A stretch of DNA of 64,000 nucleotides from a virus. Taxonomy: Duplodnaviria > Caudoviricetes. The position numbers and the translations under genes were made by a program. The stretch lies in IMG/VR virus record IMGVR_UViG_2648501128_000003, positions 2,151 through 66,150 of that record; one strand, given 5' to 3'. Below are positions 37,762 to 47,833 of this stretch, in pieces. Position 1 is the first letter of the stretch. Each line of letters opens with the position of its first letter. The notes below the pieces were generated by a model. The model did not search any database, had not been told where the DNA came from, and saw nothing but the letters and a program-made list of their open reading frames with translations.

Positions 37762-38555
37762 GTAAGTGGAGCGTGGTTCACAAGGAAACAGGCGAGATAC
37801 GCGACTTTGCGGAGTTCCAAGCCGCACGCCAACGTCAAGCCGACGGTTACAGACAACGTCAAGAAGGTCGCAAGCACGACTTTACCTTTACGGACATGGA
37901 CAATATTCACGAGATCATCGGAAAAATAGACGATAAGCATTGCGGGTACTTGCTATACTTGCAGTGCTTTATTTCGTTTGATGGCGTCCTGGTTAACGCC
38001 GACAACGAGAAAACGGCGATGACCAAGGCGGACATTCAACGAGTAGTTGGCCTCAAGAAAACGGCCTTCTACGCGTTTCTATCGAGCATGCTTGCTAACG
38101 ATATCATTCGCGAAAATGAGGACGGCAAGTACAGCGTCAATCCGGCGTATCACTTCAAAGGCACGATCAACAATCCGAACGTGATTCGCTCATTTACGAC
38201 AAAGGTGCGCGAGTTATATACGGGGCGCAACGCCAACAAACTCGGCTTTATTTACAAGCTGCTACCGTACGTTCACCAGGAAACGAACACGATTTGCGCC
38301 AACCCTTACGTAAAGGACGTCGAGCATATCGCGCAACTGTCGAAAGGGGAAATCACAGCCTTAACGGGCGTCAGCGAAAAGACCGTGTATTCGTACCTAC
38401 GCAACATGAAGCTAGGCGACGAGTTTGTGTTCGCGGAGATACGACGCGGGAACGAGCGTTATTACAAGTTGAATCCGTTCATCTTTTATCGCAAAAACGG
38501 ACGACCTGACGCCACGTTGCGCGAGATGTTCCGGCTTGGATTTAGCGGTAAATAG
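37758..38555 (+). CDS. RepL-like tandem winged-helix replication/maintenance protein
   Basis: YSVNPAYHFKG and YYKLNPFIFYRK wing motifs; followed by iteron-like repeats. Confidence 0.65.
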   Translation: MSKWSVVHKETGEIRDFAEFQAARQRQADGYRQRQEGRKHDFTFTDMDNIHEIIGKIDDKHCGYLLYLQCFISFDGVLVNADNEKTAMTKADIQRVVGLKKTAFYAFLSSMLANDIIRENEDGKYSVNPAYHFKGTINNPNVIRSFTTKVRELYTGRNANKLGFIYKLLPYVHQETNTICANPYVKDVEHIAQLSKGEITALTGVSEKTVYSYLRNMKLGDEFVFAEIRRGNERYYKLNPFIFYRKNGRPDATLREMFRLGFSGK

Positions 38556-38624
38556 TCGGTCAGCCAAAAGCTATCGGTAAATTTGCGGACAAAATCGGGG
38601 GTCTATCGGTAAATTCGCGGACAA
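38542..38624 (+). repeat. 22-bp direct repeats (iteron-like)
   Basis: CTATCGGTAAATTTGCGGACAA (38571), CTATCGGTAAATTCGCGGACAA (38603), degenerate copy at 38542. Confidence 0.75.
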
Positions 38625-38874
38625 CTTTCGAAACGCTGTACGATTAGAGCCGCAAGGGATTCAGCCGTTTTAAGGGGCAGAAATGGCGATATTATATCTT
38701 AATCTTTAGTAGCGTTAAAACCTTGCGCCTTCGCCTAACGGCTTGCCGCCACGATTCTTTATTTAAATACATTATCGCGAAAAGTAATAATAGTAGCAGA
38801 CGGTCGAGCGTAAGCGAGGCCGGCCTGCAGCGGTTTTAATCTTTTATCTAAACGGAAAGGAGTGCGTTAATCGA

Positions 38875-39048
38875 ATGTATTACGTTGTTTTACCGAGGTC
38901 AATTTTCGTAGGAAGTACGGGTTATGGCGTATGGGATGCCGTAGTAGACGATAGCGGCGATCTAATGTCGTTTGCAACGATAGAGGACGGAAGGAAGTAC
39001 GGAGAGGCAACCGGTAAGCACTACTTCGTGTTTTCGATTGTTGGTTAA
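38875..39048 (+). CDS. Small hypothetical protein (57 aa)
   Basis: RBS AAAGGAG. Confidence 0.5.
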   Translation: MYYVVLPRSIFVGSTGYGVWDAVVDDSGDLMSFATIEDGRKYGEATGKHYFVFSIVG

Positions 39049-39659
39049 CCGTTAGACATTACGCTAACCATTTCGCGGCTTATATTAATAAGAAGGAACG
39101 CGGTAAATGGCGGAGGGGCTGCGGTAAACATGCGTAATGCAAGTCGGTGATATCATCCGCGCGGAGCTGCCAGGACAGAAGCCCTTCGAAAACTCACGGG
39201 GTCAGCGAGTTGTGCCTGTTTCGCAAACAATTCCGATGATTTATCGCCAATTTTATGCGTATTTATATACACGCAAAACGCCAACGTTTATTCGTAGATT
39301 GCGGGAAATAACGATCTACCAAACGGTGGGACACCGCATGGATAGCGGAGTGTATAGGATAGTGCATAAACGGGTAAATCGCGAAATTGACAAACGTTGA
39401 TATGACGCGGTTTATGCATCGTATGAATTCCCTATAACCACGATTATGTCAACTAGGTATGCATATACAATACAGCGTTATGCGAACGTTTATACAACGA
39501 AATGTATAAAGATAATTGTCGTCGTTGTTTGAATTGTTCATACAATTGAAATAATTTAAACCCCCAAACAGCCGTTCGTATTTCAAGAAAATAGACGGTT
39601 GAAATTTGCGCAATATTTTTCGAACTCGGGGCGTCAATTTAACGGAGGTGTTTAGCGGA

Positions 39660-39770
39660 ATGCAGAAACGTATACCTTACGACGGTAAAATCGAAAATCT
39701 TCGCAAAGGTGAAGTCATATTAACGAAAGAGCAAGCGGTAAAACTATCGCAATCAAGCCCGAAAGCCTGA
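39660..39770 (+). CDS. 36-aa protein resembling the tape-measure C-terminal motif
   Basis: RBS GGAGGTG; RIPYDGKIENLRKGEVILTKEQA. Confidence 0.6.
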   Translation: MQKRIPYDGKIENLRKGEVILTKEQAVKLSQSSPKA

Positions 39771-39824
39771 CGGATGCCTAGCGTCGGGCTTTTCGGATAC
39801 ATAAAAGGAAAGGAGGAACGCTAA

Positions 39825-41579
39825 TTGGCGCATATTAACGGAGAATGGCTCGATCGTGACCAACGCCAAGCACGCATTAACATATTATCAGCGCGGCTAT
39901 CGAAGCTTGCTGCGGTCATAAAAGCCGGCAAAGCAAGCGACTACCACATAGATACTTTTCGCAAGGACAAGGCGGAGCTTGCTAAGTTAAAACGCGTCCA
40001 CCGAGCGGAAGTTGATGTGGCGTACTTTACTTACGAATACCTGTCCGACCTTCACAACGCGACCAACGACGATAATGTTATTCGCCACGGGGAAAACGGT
40101 AAGTTACACGATGACATTGGCGCAATAGCCTCAATTCATCGCGAGTTTTTCGACCTGTGCGACCATGTTAACGTAAATGAACGAAACGCGCGTCTTGCCA
40201 TCGCAGCAGCACGTGGACACTCAAAGTCCGGCATGTTTTCGAACGCATTTCCGTTGCACCAAGTAGCGTTCCGCAAACGTAAATACATTCTTATTATTTC
40301 CGAAACGGACTCGTTATCGAAAAAGCTAGTCGGCTGGATAAACAAGCAGCTAAAATTTAACCGCAAGTTTATCGAGGACTTTGGCGTCCTCATGCACGAA
40401 TCGTCGAGTCGTAACGAGAAAGACAACGAAGAGGCGTTTATAACGTTATCAGGCACGCTCATTGAAGCGTCATCTTCCGGCAAGCAGTTGCGGGGTAAAA
40501 GACACGGAGCATACAGACCTGACCTCGTAATCGTTGACGACCCTTCTTCGCAAAATAACGAAGGTACGAAGGAAGCGCGCGAAAAGTTGATTCACTGGTT
40601 TAACTCGGTCGTTGTGCCGATCGGTTCGGCGTCTACCGCAATCGTACTCGTCGGAACAATGGTTAGCGCGACCGGGCTACTGAATCACGTGTTAAAACGA
40701 AAGGACTTCAAGTCGTCGTTTCATGGCGCGGTGGTCAGCGAACCGTCAAACCCGAAACTTTGGGAGCAGTATTGCGAAGTGTATGCACGTGCGGAATCGA
40801 TTGAGGAAGCAAACGAGTTTTATGAAGCGAACAAAGAAGCGTTAGAAAGCGGAATTGTACTCGCATGGCCTTGGCGTTGGTCTTATCGCGCGCTAATGCA
40901 CGAGAAAGTCAACATGGGTACTCGCGCATATAATTCGGAATACCGAAATCTAGCGTTTAGTGAGGACGAGCAATTTTTCTTACCGGATACATACGCGAAG
41001 TATCACTATTACTACGAAAATGAAAGAGCGTATGTTGTCTACGAAGATTTAAAGATTCCAGTTAGCGATCTCTTTATTGTTGGCGCATGGGACATCGCGA
41101 TGGGCAAGAATAAGCGATCGGATTATAACGCAGTAATTACTGTCGGTAAGCATCAGCCTACCGGCTTAATTTTCGTTCTTGATGAATACGCGTCGAAAGA
41201 GCCTGCACATGTTTTCATTGAGTTAATACTCGCGAAAATACGTCAGTTTAAGCATCGAGCGTTTAACGTAGAGACAATCAACGCCTATCATGAGTTTTAT
41301 CGCCAATTACAAGAGGCAGCGCGAACAGCAGGCTTGTACACATGCCGGATTAACGATATTAGACGGCAGGGGTCGAGCAAAGAGTCGCGTATTGAATCGT
41401 TGGAGCCAATGCTGCACAACAAAACGTTAGTGCTAAACGAAAGGCATACGATTCTAATCGATCAAATGTCGCAATACCCATTCGCAGACCATGACGATTC
41501 TTTAGACGCCTTACAAATGGCGGTTGATAGTGTTTTTAAACCGAAAGCACGAATAGCAACGAAACCAACTTATTTATAG
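39825..41579 (+). CDS. terL: Terminase large subunit
   Basis: ARGHSKS, LRGKRH, IVDDP, VGT, AWDIA, HDDSLDA. Confidence 0.93.
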   Translation: MAHINGEWLDRDQRQARINILSARLSKLAAVIKAGKASDYHIDTFRKDKAELAKLKRVHRAEVDVAYFTYEYLSDLHNATNDDNVIRHGENGKLHDDIGAIASIHREFFDLCDHVNVNERNARLAIAAARGHSKSGMFSNAFPLHQVAFRKRKYILIISETDSLSKKLVGWINKQLKFNRKFIEDFGVLMHESSSRNEKDNEEAFITLSGTLIEASSSGKQLRGKRHGAYRPDLVIVDDPSSQNNEGTKEAREKLIHWFNSVVVPIGSASTAIVLVGTMVSATGLLNHVLKRKDFKSSFHGAVVSEPSNPKLWEQYCEVYARAESIEEANEFYEANKEALESGIVLAWPWRWSYRALMHEKVNMGTRAYNSEYRNLAFSEDEQFFLPDTYAKYHYYYENERAYVVYEDLKIPVSDLFIVGAWDIAMGKNKRSDYNAVITVGKHQPTGLIFVLDEYASKEPAHVFIELILAKIRQFKHRAFNVETINAYHEFYRQLQEAARTAGLYTCRINDIRRQGSSKESRIESLEPMLHNKTLVLNERHTILIDQMSQYPFADHDDSLDALQMAVDSVFKPKARIATKPTYL

Positions 41580-41596
41580 CGAAAGGAGGCGCAACA

Positions 41597-42031
41597 ATGG
41601 CGTCAAAACGACAAAGAGAATTAGAATCGAAACTCACGTCGCAGCAACAGAAGGCGGCTTTTTTATTGGTCGAAAATGACCTGCGCGATAACGCCGACAA
41701 GCGTACGCAAGAAGAAATCGCGGAAGAGGTCGGCGTTACTTATAAAACGCTTTGGACATGGCGTAAGCAGAATCGCAACTTTATCGACTATAAAAACGAA
41801 ATAGCAGACGACTTCCTTGCGGAATACCGAAGTGGCGTATACGGACAATTACTGAAACTTATTAATGGCTCGCAGCCAAGCGTTAAAGCAATCGACTTGT
41901 ACTTGAAGCGATTCGGGCTATTAACGGAGAAGCAAGTTATCTCGAATGAGGACAGCACAGGCTCGCGAAGCAACGCAGACTTAGTGAAAGAACTTGAAGA
42001 ACTGGACGATCTTTTGAAAGAAGATGATTAA
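41597..42031 (+). CDS. HTH protein (phBC6A51-type), candidate terminase small subunit
   Basis: TQEEIAEEVGVTYKTLWTW..F; PSVKAIDLY. Confidence 0.72.
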   Translation: MASKRQRELESKLTSQQQKAAFLLVENDLRDNADKRTQEEIAEEVGVTYKTLWTWRKQNRNFIDYKNEIADDFLAEYRSGVYGQLLKLINGSQPSVKAIDLYLKRFGLLTEKQVISNEDSTGSRSNADLVKELEELDDLLKEDD

Positions 42032-42048
42032 ACGGAAGGGGCGAGGAA

Positions 42049-43644
42049 ATGTTCGGTTTATTTAGCAAGCGCGAAATAGAAAAACGCGCAGAGGCAACGA
42101 CAACCTATACGTTTAACGCGTTTCAGCCGGGCGAGCAATTTCCGCCGTATGCCGACCGTGAGCGTATTTCGCGACAAAAACGATTGAAGAAGATTTTTCA
42201 AGGCAAACAACTCGAGGTTTTCGAGCGGGCAACGGCGTTACTAAAAGATACGCCACACGCACCACAGTTAGAGAAGTTATATATCGCTATTAATCTCGCG
42301 GACATTCTCGTCACGAAACCGGCAGACTTGCTCGTTGGCGAACCGCCGATTTTTGAGTCGGGCAAGCCAGACGATAGTCCGCAACAAAAAGCGATTAATA
42401 GTTACGTTGAGGAAAACGACCTCGTGCAATTAATTCACGAAAGCACAATCGGAAACGGCTATCGAGGCGACGCATGGATAAAGATACGCTACGGTTATCG
42501 CGAAGATTTAACGGAAGTGCGGAAGATACTAAGCGCCGAAGCTTTTGAGGTATACAAGGCGTCATTTAAAGCCGAACCGATAATCGAACACGTCAACCCC
42601 GAATTTGTTTATCCGGAGGTATCGCGAGGCAACGTAAAGAGTTTTAAGGCGGTCAATATTTGTACTGTTGAATACGTAGTTAGTACGAAAGAGGAAATTC
42701 CGTTCTTAAACGTCGAGCGACACTTGCCTGGTTTTATTAAATATGAACGCTACCGTTTACATGAATACGAAGGCGGAGTCGATACGAGATTTGGCTATCC
42801 GTTGCAGACTTACAACATAGGCGAACGAGTGTCTACTGGTCGCGAAGAAGATGTTATCGAAACTGGCGTTCCTCACTTGCTCGTTAAACACATTCCTTAT
42901 AAATCGGTCGACGACGAGTGGGAAGGGATTGGCGGAATCGAGAAGATGGAAGCGTTATTGGCCGCGATTAATGACCGCGTTGTCCAAATCGACTATATCC
43001 TATGGAAACATAGCGACCCAACAGCGTATGGCCCTGATTTAGAAGGTGTGGACGGCAACGCGGCTCGATTCGGAGGTAAATACATTCCTGTTACAAAAGA
43101 GGATGCAACACCAGGTTACATGACTTGGGATGGTCAATTAGCGTCTGCGTTTAAAGAACTCGAACTACTAATAACGCTCGCTTTCCAACAGGCAGAAACT
43201 CCGCAGTGGCTATTTGGCTCGGTGCTTGGCGAAAACGCCGGTGGAACAGGAACGTCACACACGGACAGTGCGGCAATCAAAGCGCGATTCATGCCGATAC
43301 TTTCGAAAGTTAAACGAATTCGCACGCATTACGACAAGGCTATTAGGGATGCGTTATGGACGTGCCAGCTACTCGACATTGAACACGGAGACGCCGACTT
43401 TGAGCCGGTTTATCCTTCGATCGCGTGGCAAGACGGGATACCAAAGAGTGAGAAAGAACTTGCGGAAATTATGCAGATTCGAACAGGCAATAAGCCGACC
43501 ATCGACGTACGGACAGCCATCAAGCGACAAGATAACCTTGACGACGAAAAGGCTGACGAAATTATCGATCGGATTGAAGTCGACGAAAAGCAAATTAATG
43601 GTTTTGTTGAGCCTTCGGTTTTCAATGACGGCGGTGGGAGTTAA
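42049..43644 (+). CDS. Portal protein (SPP1 gp6-like)
   Basis: Position, 531 aa, YMTWDG, SAAIK, IAWQDGIP. Confidence 0.88.
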   Translation: MFGLFSKREIEKRAEATTTYTFNAFQPGEQFPPYADRERISRQKRLKKIFQGKQLEVFERATALLKDTPHAPQLEKLYIAINLADILVTKPADLLVGEPPIFESGKPDDSPQQKAINSYVEENDLVQLIHESTIGNGYRGDAWIKIRYGYREDLTEVRKILSAEAFEVYKASFKAEPIIEHVNPEFVYPEVSRGNVKSFKAVNICTVEYVVSTKEEIPFLNVERHLPGFIKYERYRLHEYEGGVDTRFGYPLQTYNIGERVSTGREEDVIETGVPHLLVKHIPYKSVDDEWEGIGGIEKMEALLAAINDRVVQIDYILWKHSDPTAYGPDLEGVDGNAARFGGKYIPVTKEDATPGYMTWDGQLASAFKELELLITLAFQQAETPQWLFGSVLGENAGGTGTSHTDSAAIKARFMPILSKVKRIRTHYDKAIRDALWTCQLLDIEHGDADFEPVYPSIAWQDGIPKSEKELAEIMQIRTGNKPTIDVRTAIKRQDNLDDEKADEIIDRIEVDEKQINGFVEPSVFNDGGGS

Positions 43645-44513
43645 TGGCTAACTTTCGCGAAATACCTTCGCCAACTTACGATTACGAGATTCGCAAACTA
43701 GTTCGCTACTACGAGGATGCACTACAGTCTATTAATCTCGAACTAATGCGGTTTGACCTAACGAATATGCAACGGGCGAATATTCTCGCCTTGCAAGCAG
43801 ATGTCGCAGCAATACTTAAGGAACTAAACGGAAAATCATCGGATTGGATAACAAGATATATTCCAGAGGCTGCTACTGACGGTATTGCGCGAACCATTCT
43901 ATCGCTAGGAGTAGCCGAGACACTTGATGAAGCACGAGCAATCGCAAAGTTTAATAGACTCAATCGCGAACTGGTTAAGGCGGCAGTTGCCGACACGCAG
44001 GCTGATTTATTACAAGTTACGCAGAACGTCGACAGGCGCGTTAGAACAGCCATTAGGCAGGTAACCGGCGAAGTATTGCGTTACAACTTAACGCAAGGAA
44101 TCAACGCTACCCAATCGCTTAAACAAGGTATAATGCGGGATTTGCGTACTAGACTAGGGGAATCGCTAAACACCGGAATTGTTGACGCAGCTAATAGACG
44201 ATGGAAACCGCATGTATACGTCGAAATGGTCGTCCGAACGAAAATGGCGTCTGCTCAACGAGAAGCGGCGATTAATGAAGGTGTGGCAAACGAAGCATAC
44301 TACGGTGTGATTTCGCGACATGGTGCGAAGGATATGTGCCGTGTTTGGGAAGGTCGAGTTATTTCGTTAGTTCCTAATGCGCCTGGTGATTTTCCGTACA
44401 TTGGCGATTTACCGCGACGTGATATTTTCCATCCAAATTGCCGGCATTTAGTGACGCCGTTTCGTCGGTTGGATAATCTACCGGAAGATTTACGTGAACT
44501 AAACGGAATTTAA
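43644..44513 (+). CDS. Minor capsid / head morphogenesis protein
   Basis: YVEMVVRT, CRVWEGR, FHPNCRH. Confidence 0.88.
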   Translation: MANFREIPSPTYDYEIRKLVRYYEDALQSINLELMRFDLTNMQRANILALQADVAAILKELNGKSSDWITRYIPEAATDGIARTILSLGVAETLDEARAIAKFNRLNRELVKAAVADTQADLLQVTQNVDRRVRTAIRQVTGEVLRYNLTQGINATQSLKQGIMRDLRTRLGESLNTGIVDAANRRWKPHVYVEMVVRTKMASAQREAAINEGVANEAYYGVISRHGAKDMCRVWEGRVISLVPNAPGDFPYIGDLPRRDIFHPNCRHLVTPFRRLDNLPEDLRELNGI

Positions 44514-44590
44514 CACTTATGACCGAACGTTATGTCATTAAACTAAACGGACAATATGCGCGACGGCGGGTAAACGGTTGGAGGTACGAA

Positions 44591-45289
44591 ATGAAAGACG
44601 CAATCAAACGCAAGTTATTATTACCGTTAGATATTCAAATGTTCGCTGATGACGACGACAATCCGAACCCGAATCCGGAGGTCAAGCAGGAGCCGGAAGT
44701 AAAAACGGTTACTATGACGCAAGAAGAACTGGACGCGTTAATTGGGCGCGAAAAGGGGCGAGTCAAAAGTAAGTATTCGGACTACGACGAACTCAAAACG
44801 AAACTAGCGGACTACGTGAAACAGGCGGAAGAAAAGCAACGTGCCGAAATGACGGAGCTTGAGCGTTTGCAGAAGGACTTAGAAGCAAAGGGCGAAGTCG
44901 AGCAGACTCTCGCTAAGCAACTCGAAGAAATGCAGGCGCAAATTAAGCATGAGAAAATTCGCAACGAATTTATTAAGGTTGCTACGAGCAATCAAATCGC
45001 GTATCTGGACGACGCTTTCAGTCTCGCAGATTTATCGGCCGTAACAATCGGTGATGACGGGAAAGTTGTCGGAATGGATGAAGCGATTAAAACGCTCGTT
45101 GACAATAAACCGTATCTTGTCGCAAAGAAACAAATTAAGCAAATTGGCGAACCGTCAAATGGAACGCATGAAAGAGTCGACAAGACAGCGGAACAGTTAC
45201 TACAAGAGGCGGCAGAAAAAGCCCGTAAATCGGGACGTAATGAAGATCGTGCCGCATATGCAAAACTTAAACGTGAGTTAGGTCTTTAA
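44591..45289 (+). CDS. Capsid scaffolding protein
   Basis: LPLDIQMFA, TQEELDALI, YSDYDELK, ELERLQ; RBS GGAGG. Confidence 0.88.
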   Translation: MKDAIKRKLLLPLDIQMFADDDDNPNPNPEVKQEPEVKTVTMTQEELDALIGREKGRVKSKYSDYDELKTKLADYVKQAEEKQRAEMTELERLQKDLEAKGEVEQTLAKQLEEMQAQIKHEKIRNEFIKVATSNQIAYLDDAFSLADLSAVTIGDDGKVVGMDEAIKTLVDNKPYLVAKKQIKQIGEPSNGTHERVDKTAEQLLQEAAEKARKSGRNEDRAAYAKLKRELGL

Positions 45290-45320
45290 AGCTATCGCAA
45301 ATAAAACGCGGTAGCTTTTT
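45288..45320 (+). terminator. Hairpin/terminator between scaffold and capsid genes
   Basis: AAAGCTATCGC-AAATAAAAC-GCGGTAGCTTTT. Confidence 0.55.
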
Positions 45321-45359
45321 GTATTTCAAAAACTATTAAATTTCGGAGGTTATTTAACT

Positions 45360-46451
45360 ATGAGTAAAATCCTATCAGGTGAATTAATCGGAGTACGCGA
45401 GTCCGTACAAGATCAACTATTACTATTAAACGCGTATCAAACGCCATTTCTACAAATGGTGGGATTCAGTAATCCTGCGACAGCGGTTGAGCATGTGTGG
45501 TTTGAAGATTCAATGTTCGCGGAGGAAAGTAAAGTAGTTGGCGCAAAACTAGCGGCCGACACGGAAATTGTAGTAGCTGACGCAGAACCATTCCGTACGC
45601 ACCAAGTTGTTAAAGTCGGAGAAGAATTGATTTTGGTTACTGGCGTTGACGTAGTTGCGAAAAAGCTAGTAGTAGCGCGTGGGTACGCTGGTACAACTGC
45701 GGCTGATATTGCAGACGGTGCTAAAATCGAAGTTCAATTCGTAGAGGGGCAAGAAGGACGCGACGCTCGTGCTGCTAGATACAAGGCACGCGTAAGAAAA
45801 TCCAACTTAATGCAAATTTTCGACGACACTGTTGAAATCAGCGGAACAGCGGCGGCAGTAAGTCAGTACGGAATTGACGACTTATACGAATACGAGAAGC
45901 AAAAGAAACAACTTGAACTTGCGTTGCAATTAGAAAAGGCGTTAATCAACGGTATTAAGTATGAAAACGGAACAGTACGCCAAATGGACGGAGTGCGTCA
46001 TCTTATCAAAACGAACGTAACCGACCTAGCAGGCGCTGATTTAACGATTGAGGCGTTAAATGACTCCTTCCAAGCGATTTACACGAAGGGTGGTTTCGCA
46101 ACAGGTGGTGCGTATGAGGTAATCGTACCTGCTAAACAAAAACGTGTTATCGGTAAGTTCGACAAGAGCCTGGTTGACATTGCGCAAGCTGATCGCACAC
46201 GCGGAACAGTGGTAAGCCGTATCGTTACTGATTTCGGAGAGTTCGACGTTTCTATCAACGACAACTTAGCGTCAGATGAAGTTCTAATCGTTGATAAAAA
46301 CCGTATCGCGGTTAAGCCGTTAACTGGCCGTGAGTTCTCGCACGAGTACCTTGGAAAGAAAGGCGACTATCTACAAGGAATGCTTGTCGGCGAATACACG
46401 CTTGAGTTCCTTCAAGAGGCGGCTCATGCACGTATCAAGGGGGCGAAGTAA
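45360..46451 (+). CDS. Major capsid protein (SU10/DUF5309-like) with inserted beta domain
   Basis: TPFL, HVWFED, NLMQIF..VEISGT, EKALING, GEYTLE. Confidence 0.9.
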   Translation: MSKILSGELIGVRESVQDQLLLLNAYQTPFLQMVGFSNPATAVEHVWFEDSMFAEESKVVGAKLAADTEIVVADAEPFRTHQVVKVGEELILVTGVDVVAKKLVVARGYAGTTAADIADGAKIEVQFVEGQEGRDARAARYKARVRKSNLMQIFDDTVEISGTAAAVSQYGIDDLYEYEKQKKQLELALQLEKALINGIKYENGTVRQMDGVRHLIKTNVTDLAGADLTIEALNDSFQAIYTKGGFATGGAYEVIVPAKQKRVIGKFDKSLVDIAQADRTRGTVVSRIVTDFGEFDVSINDNLASDEVLIVDKNRIAVKPLTGREFSHEYLGKKGDYLQGMLVGEYTLEFLQEAAHARIKGAK

Positions 46452-46676
46452 TTGGCGGTATATAACTCAAAATACCGCGAGTTAAAGTTTTACGTGGACG
46501 GAGAGCTACACGCTTTTTCTAGCGGTAGCTTTTCGACTACTGACGCAAAAGCAATCGCGGTACTCGACAATCTAGCCGATGCCACTCGCGTCGAAGAGGC
46601 GAAAGCCGAAGCAAAAACGGAGGAAGCGCCGAAAACAAAACCGAAAGCGCCAGCGAAAAAGTCCTCCGGAAAATAA
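46452..46676 (+). CDS. Small head-associated protein
   Basis: Directly after capsid gene; Lys/Ala-rich tail. Confidence 0.65.
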   Translation: MAVYNSKYRELKFYVDGELHAFSSGSFSTTDAKAIAVLDNLADATRVEEAKAEAKTEEAPKTKPKAPAKKSSGK

Positions 46677-46695
46677 CTAAACGGAGGTGCTTGCG

Positions 46696-47064
46696 TTGGC
46701 TTGGAATTTAACAGAGGCGACGGAATATATTCGCCTTAATACGCTTGATAACGAGGATTTTCTTGACGCAGACGACGATAGAAAAACTGCAATCCTAAAC
46801 GTAAGTAAACGGACACTTGACCGTAAATTCACCGGTAAAAACATTCCGAATGAGGCCGTGTTCATTTTCGCGGCAGTGTTGGGAGCTGCGTTTAACGATA
46901 CGAACAAGTTACAACAACAAGGGGTAGCGTCATTCTCGATTAAGGGTATCGCATTTACTTTCAAAGACTGGGCGAAAAAAGACATTGACTCACTAATTCC
47001 CGCAGAGGTTTATGACGTAATCGGCGTACCTAGCGGTCGCCAAGTAAAGTGGACGGTGTTGTAA
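46696..47064 (+). CDS. Head-tail connector protein
   Basis: Position; EATEYI..GVASFSI. Confidence 0.7.
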   Translation: MAWNLTEATEYIRLNTLDNEDFLDADDDRKTAILNVSKRTLDRKFTGKNIPNEAVFIFAAVLGAAFNDTNKLQQQGVASFSIKGIAFTFKDWAKKDIDSLIPAEVYDVIGVPSGRQVKWTVL

Positions 47065-47412
47065 ATGGCGATCATTCCATTAAAACAAACCGTTACCGTA
47101 AAGCGAAAAGGCGAAACCGACCGTTGGGGAATCGAAATTACGCCCGACATTGAATTCACGCTGAAATGCCGAGTCGATGAAGGCGCAAAGCTAACCCGAC
47201 GTACCTCGCAACAGCCAGGCGCAGTCCAAACGCTGTCCGAAGAAGTCGTCAGCTCGGCGCAAATCCTGTTCGATAAATTCACAGACATACGTTTGACCGA
47301 CGAAATTTTATACACGGACGAATCCGGCAACACACGAGTTTACCTGCCAATAAACGTAAGTCGTGTGCGGGGGCTGAACGGTAAAGCGGTGTTGACGGAG
47401 GTGCTTGTATAG
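47065..47412 (+). CDS. Head-closure / head-tail joining protein
   Basis: KQTVTV..DRWG..KCRVDE. Confidence 0.68.
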   Translation: MAIIPLKQTVTVKRKGETDRWGIEITPDIEFTLKCRVDEGAKLTRRTSQQPGAVQTLSEEVVSSAQILFDKFTDIRLTDEILYTDESGNTRVYLPINVSRVRGLNGKAVLTEVLV

Positions 47413-47832
47413 ATGGCGCGGAATGAATTTAACTTAGACCTTTCGCCGTTGCGTAATTTAATTCAAAGGTCGCCGGCGGCTGCAGGTCGTGGGGCTCAAA
47501 GGGGCATGCGCGACATTAAAGACGATTGGAAGCGCGGAGCTGTTGACGTAGCACCACTCGACACGTCCAACCTTCGCGAGCAAATCGATGGAAAAGTCAA
47601 AGGTAGCGGCCTTGATACGATGGTAGAAATCGAAGCAAACGCGATGACTAGTAAGCAATTTAATTACGCTTATTACATTCACGAAGGCGGATTTGCGGCG
47701 GATGGTAAGCATTTACGAACGCCCGGAACCGTCGAAGAATTCTTGAAACAGCCGGCGGAGCAAAGTGAGCAACGCTGGCAACAAATGCTTGAACGCGAAA
47801 TACGCGAACAATTAACGCGAGAGGGGTGGTAG
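47413..47832 (+). CDS. HK97 gp10-like tail component
   Basis: APLDTSNLR..YAYYIHEG..FL. Confidence 0.8.
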   Translation: MARNEFNLDLSPLRNLIQRSPAAAGRGAQRGMRDIKDDWKRGAVDVAPLDTSNLREQIDGKVKGSGLDTMVEIEANAMTSKQFNYAYYIHEGGFAADGKHLRTPGTVEEFLKQPAEQSEQRWQQMLEREIREQLTREGW

Positions 47833-47833
47833 C

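Noticed and set aside
39137-39400. 87-aa ORF in the pre-terminase region
   Set aside because: No recognisable motif and poorly spaced RBS; region reads as repeat-rich non-coding DNA.
19792-41579. Introns or inteins in polA, nrdJ or terL despite several endonuclease genes
   Set aside because: Reading frames are continuous with normal lengths and no intein splice motifs seen.
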